Shown: positions 1-7,863, counted from the first letter of the stretch. The stretch: DNA of 29,229 nt from Candidatus Krumholzibacteriia bacterium (GCA_046484865.1 JAWOID010000022.1:1-29229); one strand, 5' to 3'. Notes: generated by a model not told the origin, from the sequence alone. Numbers and translations: made by a program.

Positions 1-2
1 CC

Positions 3-1355
3 GACGTGCCGCTGTGGGGGCACTGCGTGGCGGTCACCGGTGCCGGCACCACCGCCGGGCAGGACTGGGTCATGATCAAGCATGACAACGATCAGAAGGT
101 CGCCAAGCCTGCCGAGTTGAAACAGGTCCCCTCGGACATCGTGGTCGGCAGCAACGGTCAGATGGTGCTGCCCGGTCTCGCGGTGGAGATCGAGAAGCCC
201 GCCGGCACCAGGACCAGGTACGAGGCGCGGGTCACGTCGGTGGTGTCGGAGAGTCCGAAGACCGGGCTTCCGCAGCCGCCGGCCAGCGAGACGATGGGCC
301 GCTGGTGTCAACTCGTGAAGCGGACGGTGCCGCCGGGCGGCGCCCTGGAGATCGGCTTCCCGGCCGAGGGCGAGGGGCGCTGCTTCAACGTGACGGTGTG
401 GCGTATCGACCGCAAGGTGACGCCGGCGGCGCGCGTCTTCGACCGGCAGTGGAACTTCAACAAGGGGAAGACCCGGCGCCTCACGAACACCGAGGATTAC
501 CCGGTGACCTATCTCGTCCACAACGACGACTACCAGAATGACCCCTACACCGGCTACGACGTGGGCGTGAACGTGGTCCAGGCCGACGACAATCCGCACC
601 TGGACGACGCCGGCAATCAGTTCGCGTACGGCGGCTACTCGGTCGGCGGCAACGATTTCTCCAGCGAGGAATTCGCGCAGGTCGCGCTCGGGGCGGCCGT
701 CACCGCCGGGCCGATCCAGGCCGGCTTCTCGCTCGCGAACATCCCCGCGAGGTTGCACGCCGCCGGGACCTTCGACCTCACGATGCTCGTGGACACGTCG
801 GCGTGGACGATCTACTGGGAACAGACCCGCTTCGTGATCGACGTCTTGACCGTCCACCAGCCCGGCGACCTGCTGGTCGATTGCCCCTCGACCGGGTTCC
901 TCGACGTGATCCCGATCGCCGCGCCCGGTCGCTACGAACGCGACCTGGGCACGGCGGCGCCGCAGGCCCAGTTCCAGCTCCGGCTGGTGGCGCAGAATGG
1001 TCTGGACCTGGAGATCGACGGCCTGGGCGCTCCCTCCCTGGTGCTCCCCCCGGGAACCGCGGTCAGCGATGCCCCGCCGTCTCGTCCGTCGCTGGAAGCC
1101 TGGCCCAATCCGTTCAATCCCTCGCTGACGCTGGCCTTCGGGCTCGCTGCCGATGGTCCGGTCGAACTGGCGATCTTCGACCTGCGCGGGCGTCGCGTGG
1201 CGACGCTGGTGAGCGAGACCCGGCCGGCAGGCCGGCACCTGGCGACCTGGGATGGGCGGGACGACGCCGGCCGTCGTGCGCCGGCGGGCACCTATCTCTG
1301 CCGGCTGGTGGCAAACGGGCAGATCGTGCCGAGGCACGTCTCGCTCGTGAAGTAG
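3..1355 (+). CDS. Secreted protein with C-terminal FlgD Ig-like / T9SS type-A-like sorting domain (5'-partial; body of unknown family)
   Basis: Frame is open from the window edge (gac gtg ccg...) and codon usage is GC3-rich. It ends in SLEAWPNPFNPSLTLAF...VELAIFDLRGRRVATLV...WDGRDDAGRRAPAGTYLCRL...HVSLVK, the canonical FlgD_ig/CTD pattern. The start probably lies upstream of the window. Confidence 0.85.
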   Translation, partial: DVPLWGHCVAVTGAGTTAGQDWVMIKHDNDQKVAKPAELKQVPSDIVVGSNGQMVLPGLAVEIEKPAGTRTRYEARVTSVVSESPKTGLPQPPASETMGRWCQLVKRTVPPGGALEIGFPAEGEGRCFNVTVWRIDRKVTPAARVFDRQWNFNKGKTRRLTNTEDYPVTYLVHNDDYQNDPYTGYDVGVNVVQADDNPHLDDAGNQFAYGGYSVGGNDFSSEEFAQVALGAAVTAGPIQAGFSLANIPARLHAAGTFDLTMLVDTSAWTIYWEQTRFVIDVLTVHQPGDLLVDCPSTGFLDVIPIAAPGRYERDLGTAAPQAQFQLRLVAQNGLDLEIDGLGAPSLVLPPGTAVSDAPPSRPSLEAWPNPFNPSLTLAFGLAADGPVELAIFDLRGRRVATLVSETRPAGRHLATWDGRDDAGRRAPAGTYLCRLVANGQIVPRHVSLVK

Positions 1356-1404
1356 CCGAGCCGTACGAGCGCTCGCCTTCGTCTGCGGAAGGATGAGACA
1401 TCCG

Positions 1405-1448
1405 GTCGTGCCGGCGAGATCGTGGCGACACCTTCTCGCCGGCACGAC
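1405..1448 (+). terminator. Perfect 15-bp stem hairpin downstream of the first CDS (putative terminator or stabiliser; no U-tract)
   Basis: gtcgtgccggcgaga (1405-1419) is the exact reverse complement of tctcgccggcacgac (1434-1448), with a 14-nt loop, about 50 nt after the stop at 1355. Confidence 0.55.
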
Positions 1449-1539
1449 GAAACCCCGGGGCCTTCGGTTCGGCGGTACGCGGGTTCGCCGGCCCCCGGTC
1501 GTCGCTCCCCGGGGCCCCCAGATGATTCGACGAATTTCC

Positions 1540-1568
1540 TTGCCGGACGCATGACGGTCCGATAGAAT
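1540..1568 (+). promoter_or_regulatory. Putative sigma70-type promoter for the secreted-protein cluster
   Basis: TTGCCG (1540-1545) - 17 nt - TAGAAT (1563-1568), inside a locally AT-richer stretch (about 1520-1625). Confidence 0.55.
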
Positions 1569-1836
1569 CACGATCGATAACAGCAAATCGTTTGACGACG
1601 GACAGGATTCCGAACAGATCGAAATGCGGTGCCCGGCTCCGGACCGATGGCCCGGAACAGGCCGGGAGCGCGAGAAGACGACATCTTCGAACCCCGCCGC
1701 CACGATTGCTGAAATGGAGCGTTCGCACGCGTCTCGCGTGGCCGACAGGGAGGTCTCCCGCGGTCGCGGAGCCGCCTGGGTTCCGCGGCCGTCTCCGCTC
1801 ACGATCCGATCTCGTTCACGCTGGAGGGGAACTATC

Positions 1837-4800
1837 ATGACCAGGATTTCGCCAGTTCATCTCTGTACCATCATCCTGCTGGTCGCGTTCACGGCGGCGA
1901 TGCCCGTCGTGGCGACGGCCGGGGCGCCGGCCGCGCCGCTGGGCGACGATCCGGGCGCGTTCAAGCCCGAGCGGGAGCCGATCCCGGCCGGCAAGGCGCT
2001 GGGGCAGCCGGTCGACTTCGCCGCGGCGCTCGCGGGGGGCGCCGACTACCTGCGCCGTGCGCAGGCCGACATCACCGAGGACAACGCCGGCAACGGAGCC
2101 AGCGACACCGATCCCGACGACGGGGGCTGGGACTGGGTCCTGACCGACCCGGCCTTCACGCACTCCGCATCGGCCAGTGCGACCAACACCTACGGGGTCA
2201 CCGGGCAGGGCGCGTACCGTGCTTACCTGGCCACCGGCGACCCGGCGCTGCTGACGGTGCTCACCGACGCTGCCGACGCCATGGCCGCGAACCCGAGCAT
2301 TCGCTCGGCGGCCGACCTGATCTTCCTGATGAACGTGAACGACCTGCCCGAGGTGAGCGGCACTGCCTACACGGACGCCGCCCGGGCCAAGTACGATGGT
2401 CGCATCACGTACTACGGCAGCGCGACGGCGTTCGCGGAGTACATCCGCGACGCGCGGGCGGGTCAGGGATACGCAAACGGCCTCATCGCCTGGGACGTCG
2501 GTCCCTGGGTCGTTGCCGCCCAGATGCTTTACGACCGTTACGGCAGCCCCTACGAGGCTGACGCGGACGCGATGGCGGAGGTCCTGTGGCAGGATTCGTT
2601 CAACGATAGCCCGGGCCACTTCGACATCGTCGACGACCAGGGTTTCGACCCGACGTACGCCGACAAGAACTTCTGGTGGTACAACCTAGGCATCTGCGGG
2701 CTGATCGACGCCTTCCAGGCCGCCGACGTCCACACGGGCGAGATCCCCACGCTGGTGGCCATCCTGCTGGACGGCCAGACCGCGGAGGGCGCCGTCACCG
2801 AGTGTTACGGCGGCACCTTGGGCGACGAGGACTGGCAGAGCACCGCCTACGCGGTCCTGAGCCTCGCCGCCCTCGACCAGCCCGCACACCAGGCCGCCAT
2901 CAACCGGATGGCCTATTTCCTGGGCGCCACCCAGCACGCCAGCGGCGGCTGGGTGTACAGCTCGGGCAACCACAACCTCGAGGTGGGCGGCGAGTGCACC
3001 GCAGCGCTCTCCTACGGCCTCGCACCCGCCTCGGTGCTCGTCGACGACGGCTTCACGAGCCAGGCCGACGTGGACTCCTACAACGCCTTGAACGGCACCG
3101 ATCTCGTCTTGGGCTACGATGCCTTCGGCACCATCCAGGAGGGCATCGACGCCGTCGTGGGCTCCACCGTGACCGTCCTGCCGGGCACGTACGTCGAGCA
3201 GCTCCACATCACCACCAGCGGGCTGCAGATCGTCGGCGCGGGTATCGACCAGACGATCATCCAGTCGCCGTCGGCCCTGACGGCGTTCTTCACGACCGGC
3301 ACGAACTCGAACTATCCCGTGGTGTTCGTCGACGGCGCCACGGGCGTGGACATCTCGGGCGTGACGATCGACGGCGCGGGGCAGGGTAATGCCAACTACC
3401 GCTTCCAGGGCCTCGGGTTCTGGAATGCGGGCGGCTCGCTGCGCCACGCGAAGGTCATCAACATCGTCGACACGCCGTTCAGCGGCGCCCAGCACGGCGT
3501 GGGTATCTACGCCTACAACGACACGGGCGGCCCGTACGCGATCGCCCTCGAGGCCGTCCTCGTCGGCGACTTCCAGAAGAACGCGCTGGCCCTGCTGGGA
3601 ACCGGCCTCACGGTCGACCTCGACCAGGTGACCACGATCGGCGCCGGGCCGACGAGTGTCACGGCGCAGAACGGCATCCAGATCTCCTATGGCGCCGGCG
3701 GCACCGTGGACGACTGCTCCATCGCCGGCATCGCCTACACGGGGGCGTCGTATACCGCCACCGGCCTGCTGCTCGCGGAGAACACGCCGGTCGTGGTGAC
3801 CAACACGACCATCGATGGCTGCCAGACGAGCGCGTACTTCATCGATGGTGACGCGGTCTTCACCGGCGGCGCAGTGACGAATCCGCTCGCGGACGCCCTG
3901 TACGCGTACAGCTCGGGCGCAAAGAGCGCGGGGGAGCCGCGCATCCTGCCGCAACCGTTCGACGGCGACCTGCACCTCGCGACGAAGGCCGCCATCGACG
4001 TGACGGTCGCGAACAGCTCCTTCACCGGCACGGGAGCCGCGGATAGCTGGGGCGTCACCGGTTACGGCTACGGCCCGCTCACGTTCACGGTGACCGGCTG
4101 CACGGTGACGGGCTGGGACTGGGGCGTGGTGACCTACGACTTCGGCGGCGCCAGCTTCGCTGCCGAGGTGCACGACAGCGACCTCGCCGCGAACGGTTCC
4201 TACGGTCTGTACTCCAACGCCGTCGAGGTCGTCTCCGCCAGCTGCAACTGGTGGGGCGACGTCGCCGGGCCGAACGACGCGCCGGCGAACCCCAGTCCGG
4301 GCGCGAACGTCACCGGCAACGTGGTCTACTGGCCGTGGCTCGATGCGCCCGGCGGCGCCTGCAGCCAGTACGGCGCCGACAACGTGGCGGTCGTGGGTCC
4401 CACCACCTGCCTCACCCCCGCGAACCCCTGCGCCCAGGCGACGGTCGTGTTCAACCGGACCGACACCACGCCGCTGCGGGGCCTGCGGGTCACCTTCGAG
4501 CTGAGCAGCGAACTGGTGCTCTGCACCGGGAACGCGTACGCCGACATCGGCGTGCTGAGCGGCACCGGGACCATGCTCGACGGCTATACCAACTACACCT
4601 ATCAGATCGTCGACAACGGCGGCGGCAGCTACACGGTGGACGTGGCGGTCCTGGGCCTGCCGTGCGGACCCACCGGCGGGGGCGGCGTCTTCACCGTCAA
4701 CCTGGCGCAGGCGGCCGGGGTCGCCGGCGACGCCACCGGCACCGTCACCGTGACCGAGGTGGTGGCGCGCGACTGCGACAACGTCCCGCTGCCGGGCCTT

Positions 4801-6162
4801 CCCGGTGCGCCGGGAGCGGTGACCGTCGACCAGACGGCGCCCGTGGCCATCACCGATCTCGGTGCGACCCAGCTCAGGACCGGCAACGACCTGGACGGAA
4901 CCACCCGGATCGCCCTCACCTGGACCGCGCCGGTCGACCCGGATGCGGACCACGTGGAGATCTGGCGGAAGGGTTACGGCGCCTATCCCGAGTACGACGA
5001 CGGCGGCGGCGCGCCAGCCGGTCTGCCCGTCGAGGTCGGCAACGGCTGGACCCTGGTGGGCACGGTTCCGGCGACCAGCAACGGATACACGGACGAGCCC
5101 GCGACGCGGGACTTCTGGTACTACGCGGCCCGGGTGTTCGACGCCTGCGGCAACGTCTCGGAGATCGCGGCCGGCGACATCGCCGGCGGCGTGCTGAACT
5201 ATCACCTGGGAGATGTCAGCGACGGAGTCACTCCGGGCCAGGGCGACAACAGCGTCGGTACCGCCGACATCTCGCTGCTGGGCGGCCACTACGGGACGTC
5301 CGACGGCGACCCCGGGTACCTGGCGTATCTCGACGTGGGACCGACCACCGACTACAGCGTGCACGCGCGTCCGACCACGGACGACGAGATCGAGTTCGAG
5401 GATCTCATCGTGTTCGCCATCAACTACGGACAGGTGGCCAAGGACGGGCTGCCGCAGATCGCGCCGGCTGCCGCCAACGCGGTGACGCTGGACGTCGGCC
5501 CCGCCACCACAGGTGAGGGCGAGACGTTCGCGGTGCAGGTGTGGCTGTCCGGCGACGGCGCTCTCCAGGGTCTGAGCGTGCCTCTGCTCTGGAACCAGGC
5601 GGCCGTGGAGCCCGTCGGCTTCGTGGCGGGAGATCTGATCCGGAACCAGGGCGGGCTGCACCTGCTGCTCAGCCCCGAGCCGGGGACCATCGATGCGGCC
5701 CTGATCGGCACGCGGGAGCGCGGCATCTGCGGCCGGGATCTGCTCGGCACGGTGACCTTCCAGGTGAAGGGGCCCGGCCAGCCGGAGATCCGCACCGGGG
5801 AGATCCGCGGTCGTGACGTCCGGAACCAGCCCGTGGTCGTCGACGGGGGGACGGCCGCGAGCCCGCCGCCCGCGGTGCTGCCCGGACGGACGGTCCTGAA
5901 CCGTAACGTCCCCAACCCGTTCAACCCGTCCACCGAGCTGTCGTTCGTCCTGGCCCGCGGCGGTTCGGCCCGCGTCCGGGTCTACTCGATGCAGGGTCAG
6001 CTCGTGCGAACGCTGCTGGACAGCGACTTGCCGGCCGGACCGCACAGCGTGGTCTGGTACGGTCGCGACGACGCCGGTCGGCCGGCGGGCTCGGGCACCT
6101 ACATCGTCCAGCTCGAGGCTCCCGACCGGACGCTGAGCCAGCGCATCATGCTGGTGAAGTGA
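1837..6162 (+). CDS. Large secreted multidomain protein (1441 aa): signal peptide, prenyltransferase/terpene-cyclase-like alpha/alpha barrel, right-handed beta-helix, cohesin-like, FN3, dockerin-like, cohesin-like, FlgD/T9SS-like CTD
   Basis: RBS GGAGGGG precedes ATG 1837, in frame with the 1624..6162 ORF. N-terminus is a hydrophobic signal (MTRISPVHLCTIILLVAFTAAMPVVATA). QW-like motifs occur (AQ...DGGWDW, TQHASGGW). FGTIQEGIDAV.GSTVTVLPGTYVE opens and NWWG...YWPWL closes a pectin-lyase-type beta-helix. FN3: IALTWTAP...YTD...WYYAARVFD..GN. Dockerin-like: GDVSDG...DNSVGTADISLLGGHYG...DDEIEFEDLIVFAINYG. C-terminal NVPNPFNP CTD. Confidence 0.88.
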   Translation: MTRISPVHLCTIILLVAFTAAMPVVATAGAPAAPLGDDPGAFKPEREPIPAGKALGQPVDFAAALAGGADYLRRAQADITEDNAGNGASDTDPDDGGWDWVLTDPAFTHSASASATNTYGVTGQGAYRAYLATGDPALLTVLTDAADAMAANPSIRSAADLIFLMNVNDLPEVSGTAYTDAARAKYDGRITYYGSATAFAEYIRDARAGQGYANGLIAWDVGPWVVAAQMLYDRYGSPYEADADAMAEVLWQDSFNDSPGHFDIVDDQGFDPTYADKNFWWYNLGICGLIDAFQAADVHTGEIPTLVAILLDGQTAEGAVTECYGGTLGDEDWQSTAYAVLSLAALDQPAHQAAINRMAYFLGATQHASGGWVYSSGNHNLEVGGECTAALSYGLAPASVLVDDGFTSQADVDSYNALNGTDLVLGYDAFGTIQEGIDAVVGSTVTVLPGTYVEQLHITTSGLQIVGAGIDQTIIQSPSALTAFFTTGTNSNYPVVFVDGATGVDISGVTIDGAGQGNANYRFQGLGFWNAGGSLRHAKVINIVDTPFSGAQHGVGIYAYNDTGGPYAIALEAVLVGDFQKNALALLGTGLTVDLDQVTTIGAGPTSVTAQNGIQISYGAGGTVDDCSIAGIAYTGASYTATGLLLAENTPVVVTNTTIDGCQTSAYFIDGDAVFTGGAVTNPLADALYAYSSGAKSAGEPRILPQPFDGDLHLATKAAIDVTVANSSFTGTGAADSWGVTGYGYGPLTFTVTGCTVTGWDWGVVTYDFGGASFAAEVHDSDLAANGSYGLYSNAVEVVSASCNWWGDVAGPNDAPANPSPGANVTGNVVYWPWLDAPGGACSQYGADNVAVVGPTTCLTPANPCAQATVVFNRTDTTPLRGLRVTFELSSELVLCTGNAYADIGVLSGTGTMLDGYTNYTYQIVDNGGGSYTVDVAVLGLPCGPTGGGGVFTVNLAQAAGVAGDATGTVTVTEVVARDCDNVPLPGLPGAPGAVTVDQTAPVAITDLGATQLRTGNDLDGTTRIALTWTAPVDPDADHVEIWRKGYGAYPEYDDGGGAPAGLPVEVGNGWTLVGTVPATSNGYTDEPATRDFWYYAARVFDACGNVSEIAAGDIAGGVLNYHLGDVSDGVTPGQGDNSVGTADISLLGGHYGTSDGDPGYLAYLDVGPTTDYSVHARPTTDDEIEFEDLIVFAINYGQVAKDGLPQIAPAAANAVTLDVGPATTGEGETFAVQVWLSGDGALQGLSVPLLWNQAAVEPVGFVAGDLIRNQGGLHLLLSPEPGTIDAALIGTRERGICGRDLLGTVTFQVKGPGQPEIRTGEIRGRDVRNQPVVVDGGTAASPPPAVLPGRTVLNRNVPNPFNPSTELSFVLARGGSARVRVYSMQGQLVRTLLDSDLPAGPHSVVWYGRDDAGRPAGSGTYIVQLEAPDRTLSQRIMLVK

Positions 6163-6169
6163 CCTCATC

Positions 6170-6201
6170 CCGGGGCGGTCCCCTCCGGGGGGCCGCCCCG
6201 G
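6170..6201 (+). terminator. GC-rich intergenic hairpin (terminator or mRNA-stabilising stem-loop)
   Basis: ccggggcggtcccc (6170-6183), loop tccg, gggggccgccccgg (6188-6201): a 14-bp stem with one G-U pair, starting 7 nt after the stop at 6162; no U-tract. Confidence 0.6.
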
Positions 6202-6246
6202 CCCGACGGCCTCTCGGCGGGCCGCTGGTGAAGGAGAGGCAGGACC

Positions 6247-6844
6247 ATGATACCAACGACATCGGCCGCGCGGCTGCGGGCGGCAACGGTGGCGCTGCTG
6301 CTGGCGGGCGCCGCGGCTGCGCCGGCGGGGGCTGCGCCGGGCGCCGCGGCGACTTTGACCTTCGAGCCGCCGTCAGCCGTCTTCCACGGCGAGGAGACGC
6401 AGGCCGTGGAAGACGGCTGACGGCGAGGAGACGCAGGCCGTCGACCTGATGATCGACGCGACCGCCGACGTCCGCGGCTTCTCGATCGTCCTGGAGTTCG
6501 ACCCCGACATCGTCGGTCCCATCGCGGTCACGGCCGGCGACCTGCTGACCGGCGCGGCCTGCGGACGCTTCTTCGACTGGTTGAACGTGTCAGCCGTGGG
6601 CGACTCCGTGGCCGTGGATGCGGCGCTCCTGGGCTGCTCCGGCGACGGTCCCGGGTCGTTGCTGCGGATCGTCTTCGAGGGCGTGGAGAAGGGTACCAGC
6701 CCGTTGCGATGCCGCCGCTGCCGCGTGCGGAACAGCCTCAACGAGTCGATCCCGGTGGACTGCGTGGCGGGGATCATCACCTACGAGGGGCCGGTGGCGG
6801 TGGAAGCGGCGGCCTGGGGGGCCCTGAAGCGCGTCTACCGCTGA
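6247..6844 (+). pseudogene. Secreted single-cohesin-domain protein with C-terminal WGxxKxxYR tail, frameshifted by a 34-bp insertion (real mutation or assembly artefact)
   Basis: RBS AAGGAGAGG precedes ATG 6247, giving signal peptide MIPTTSAARLRAATVALLLAGAAAAPAGA, then TLTFEPPSAVFHGEETQAV and a TGA at 6418-6420. Deleting the 34-bp insertion (one copy of the 22-bp direct repeat 6386-6407/6420-6441 plus the 12 nt between) fuses this in frame to the 6449..6844 ORF. The result is 187 aa with a cohesin-like body (VRGFSIVLEFDPDIV...AGDLL...VDAALLG...GPGSLLRIVF...RNSLNESI). Confidence 0.8.
6368..6441. repeat. Overlapping 23-bp perfect inverted repeat and 22-bp direct repeat (fold-back duplication)
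   Basis: IR arms at 6368-6390 (cgccgtcagccgtcttccacggc) and 6403-6425. DR acggcgaggagacgcaggccgt at 6386-6407 and 6420-6441. Confidence 0.95.
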
Positions 6845-6867
6845 CGGCGAGCGAGGAGATCGCGAGC

Positions 6868-7725
6868 ATGACCCGACCCGAGCCCTCGCACCGGTGCCAT
6901 CCCGGCGTGGCGTTCTCGATCCCGCGTCTTCTCGGCCTGGCGTGGTTGCTGCTCGTGCTCAAGGCCGCGCCGGCGGCGGCGTCCATCGACTTCGCCATCC
7001 TGCCGGCGGAACCGTACCAGGAACCCGGCGACACCATCACCGTGGAACTGACCGTCACCGGCGCCGGCGCCGAGTTCAATGCCTACGATGCGGTGGTGGC
7101 CTACGATCCGGAGCGCCTGCTCTTCATGGGCATGACGCCGATCGGTCTGCAGGAGGGTCCGCTGATGACGGAGGCCTGCTCGCAGCGCTTCCACCTGTTC
7201 TCCATCGCCCCCGACAGCACCCGGCTCGAGGTGAACCACAGCCTGCTGTGCGCGGGGGTGAGCATCACCGGTCCGGGAGTGGTCTACCGTCTGGCGTTCC
7301 GCTGCCGAGACCTGGTCGGAGCCACGCGTCTGGATCTGGTCGAGGGCACCGCCATGTTCGACGTCGGGATCCACGTCGATTCCGTGAAGCTGTCGGGATC
7401 CCTGGTCAGGATCGGGACGGCGCCGTCCGCCGTGCCGGGCCCAACCGCCCCGCTGGCGCCGCCGCGCGCCTGTCCGAACCCGTTCAATCCCCGTACCCAG
7501 GTCTCGTTCTCGCTGGTGTCGCCGGCCTGGACCCGCCTGCGGATCCATGCCCTGGACGGCCGCCTCGTGCGGGAGTTGCACCGGGGCTTCCTGCCGGCAG
7601 GGACGCACCGCGTGAGCTGGGACGCCACGGACCGGACCGGCCGGGCGGTGGCGTCCGGGCGCTATCACGCGGTGCTGGAGGCCGACGGGAGAAGGTCGAT
7701 CGGGGCGCTCACGCTGGTGCGGTGA
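6868..7725 (+). CDS. Secreted cohesin-like domain protein with FlgD/T9SS-like CTD (285 aa)
   Basis: RBS GAGGAG (6853-6858) precedes ATG 6868. Signal LLGLAWLLLVLKAAPAAA. Cohesin-like: PGDTITVELTV...FNAYDAVVAYDPERLLF...GPGVVYRLAF. CTD: ACPNPFNPRTQVSF...WDATDRTGRAVASGRY...LTLVR. Confidence 0.85.
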   Translation: MTRPEPSHRCHPGVAFSIPRLLGLAWLLLVLKAAPAAASIDFAILPAEPYQEPGDTITVELTVTGAGAEFNAYDAVVAYDPERLLFMGMTPIGLQEGPLMTEACSQRFHLFSIAPDSTRLEVNHSLLCAGVSITGPGVVYRLAFRCRDLVGATRLDLVEGTAMFDVGIHVDSVKLSGSLVRIGTAPSAVPGPTAPLAPPRACPNPFNPRTQVSFSLVSPAWTRLRIHALDGRLVRELHRGFLPAGTHRVSWDATDRTGRAVASGRYHAVLEADGRRSIGALTLVR

Positions 7726-7742
7726 TTTCCTCGTCGTCGCCA

Positions 7743-7772
7743 TTGACCTTCCGCTCGCCGGTGATCTACGGT
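7743..7772 (+). promoter_or_regulatory. Possible sigma70-type promoter for the hybrid kinase
   Basis: TTGACC (7743-7748) - 18 nt - TACGGT (7767-7772). Confidence 0.35.
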
Positions 7773-7863
7773 CCCGTCAGGATCTCACCTCTCTGACAGA
7801 CATCTCACTCGGCTGAACGGGACTGCAACGCGCCGTCGCGCAGGTCGACGGAGGGATGCGCAC

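Noticed and set aside
1624..1836. 71-aa N-terminal extension of the large ORF (track start 1624)
   Set aside because: Low-complexity translation; a clear RBS and signal peptide begin at ATG 1837.
2686..6168. 1160-aa minus-strand ORF and other long antisense or alternate-frame ORFs (e.g. 7777..10140, 19330..21462, 25145..27106, 15513..17330)
   Set aside because: They shadow well-supported genes, have Arg/Gly/Pro-rich nonsense composition and no motifs. This is expected in very GC-rich DNA with few stop codons.
6368..6441. IR/DR structure as a MITE, IS footprint or invertible element
   Set aside because: All the extra sequence derives from the immediately adjacent coding sequence. There is no foreign DNA and no recombinase nearby, so template switching explains it fully.
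1837..7725. Calling the cluster a cellulosome
   Set aside because: No recognisable cellulase GH or CBM3 modules and no tandem multi-cohesin scaffoldin; only cohesin- and dockerin-like modules are supported.
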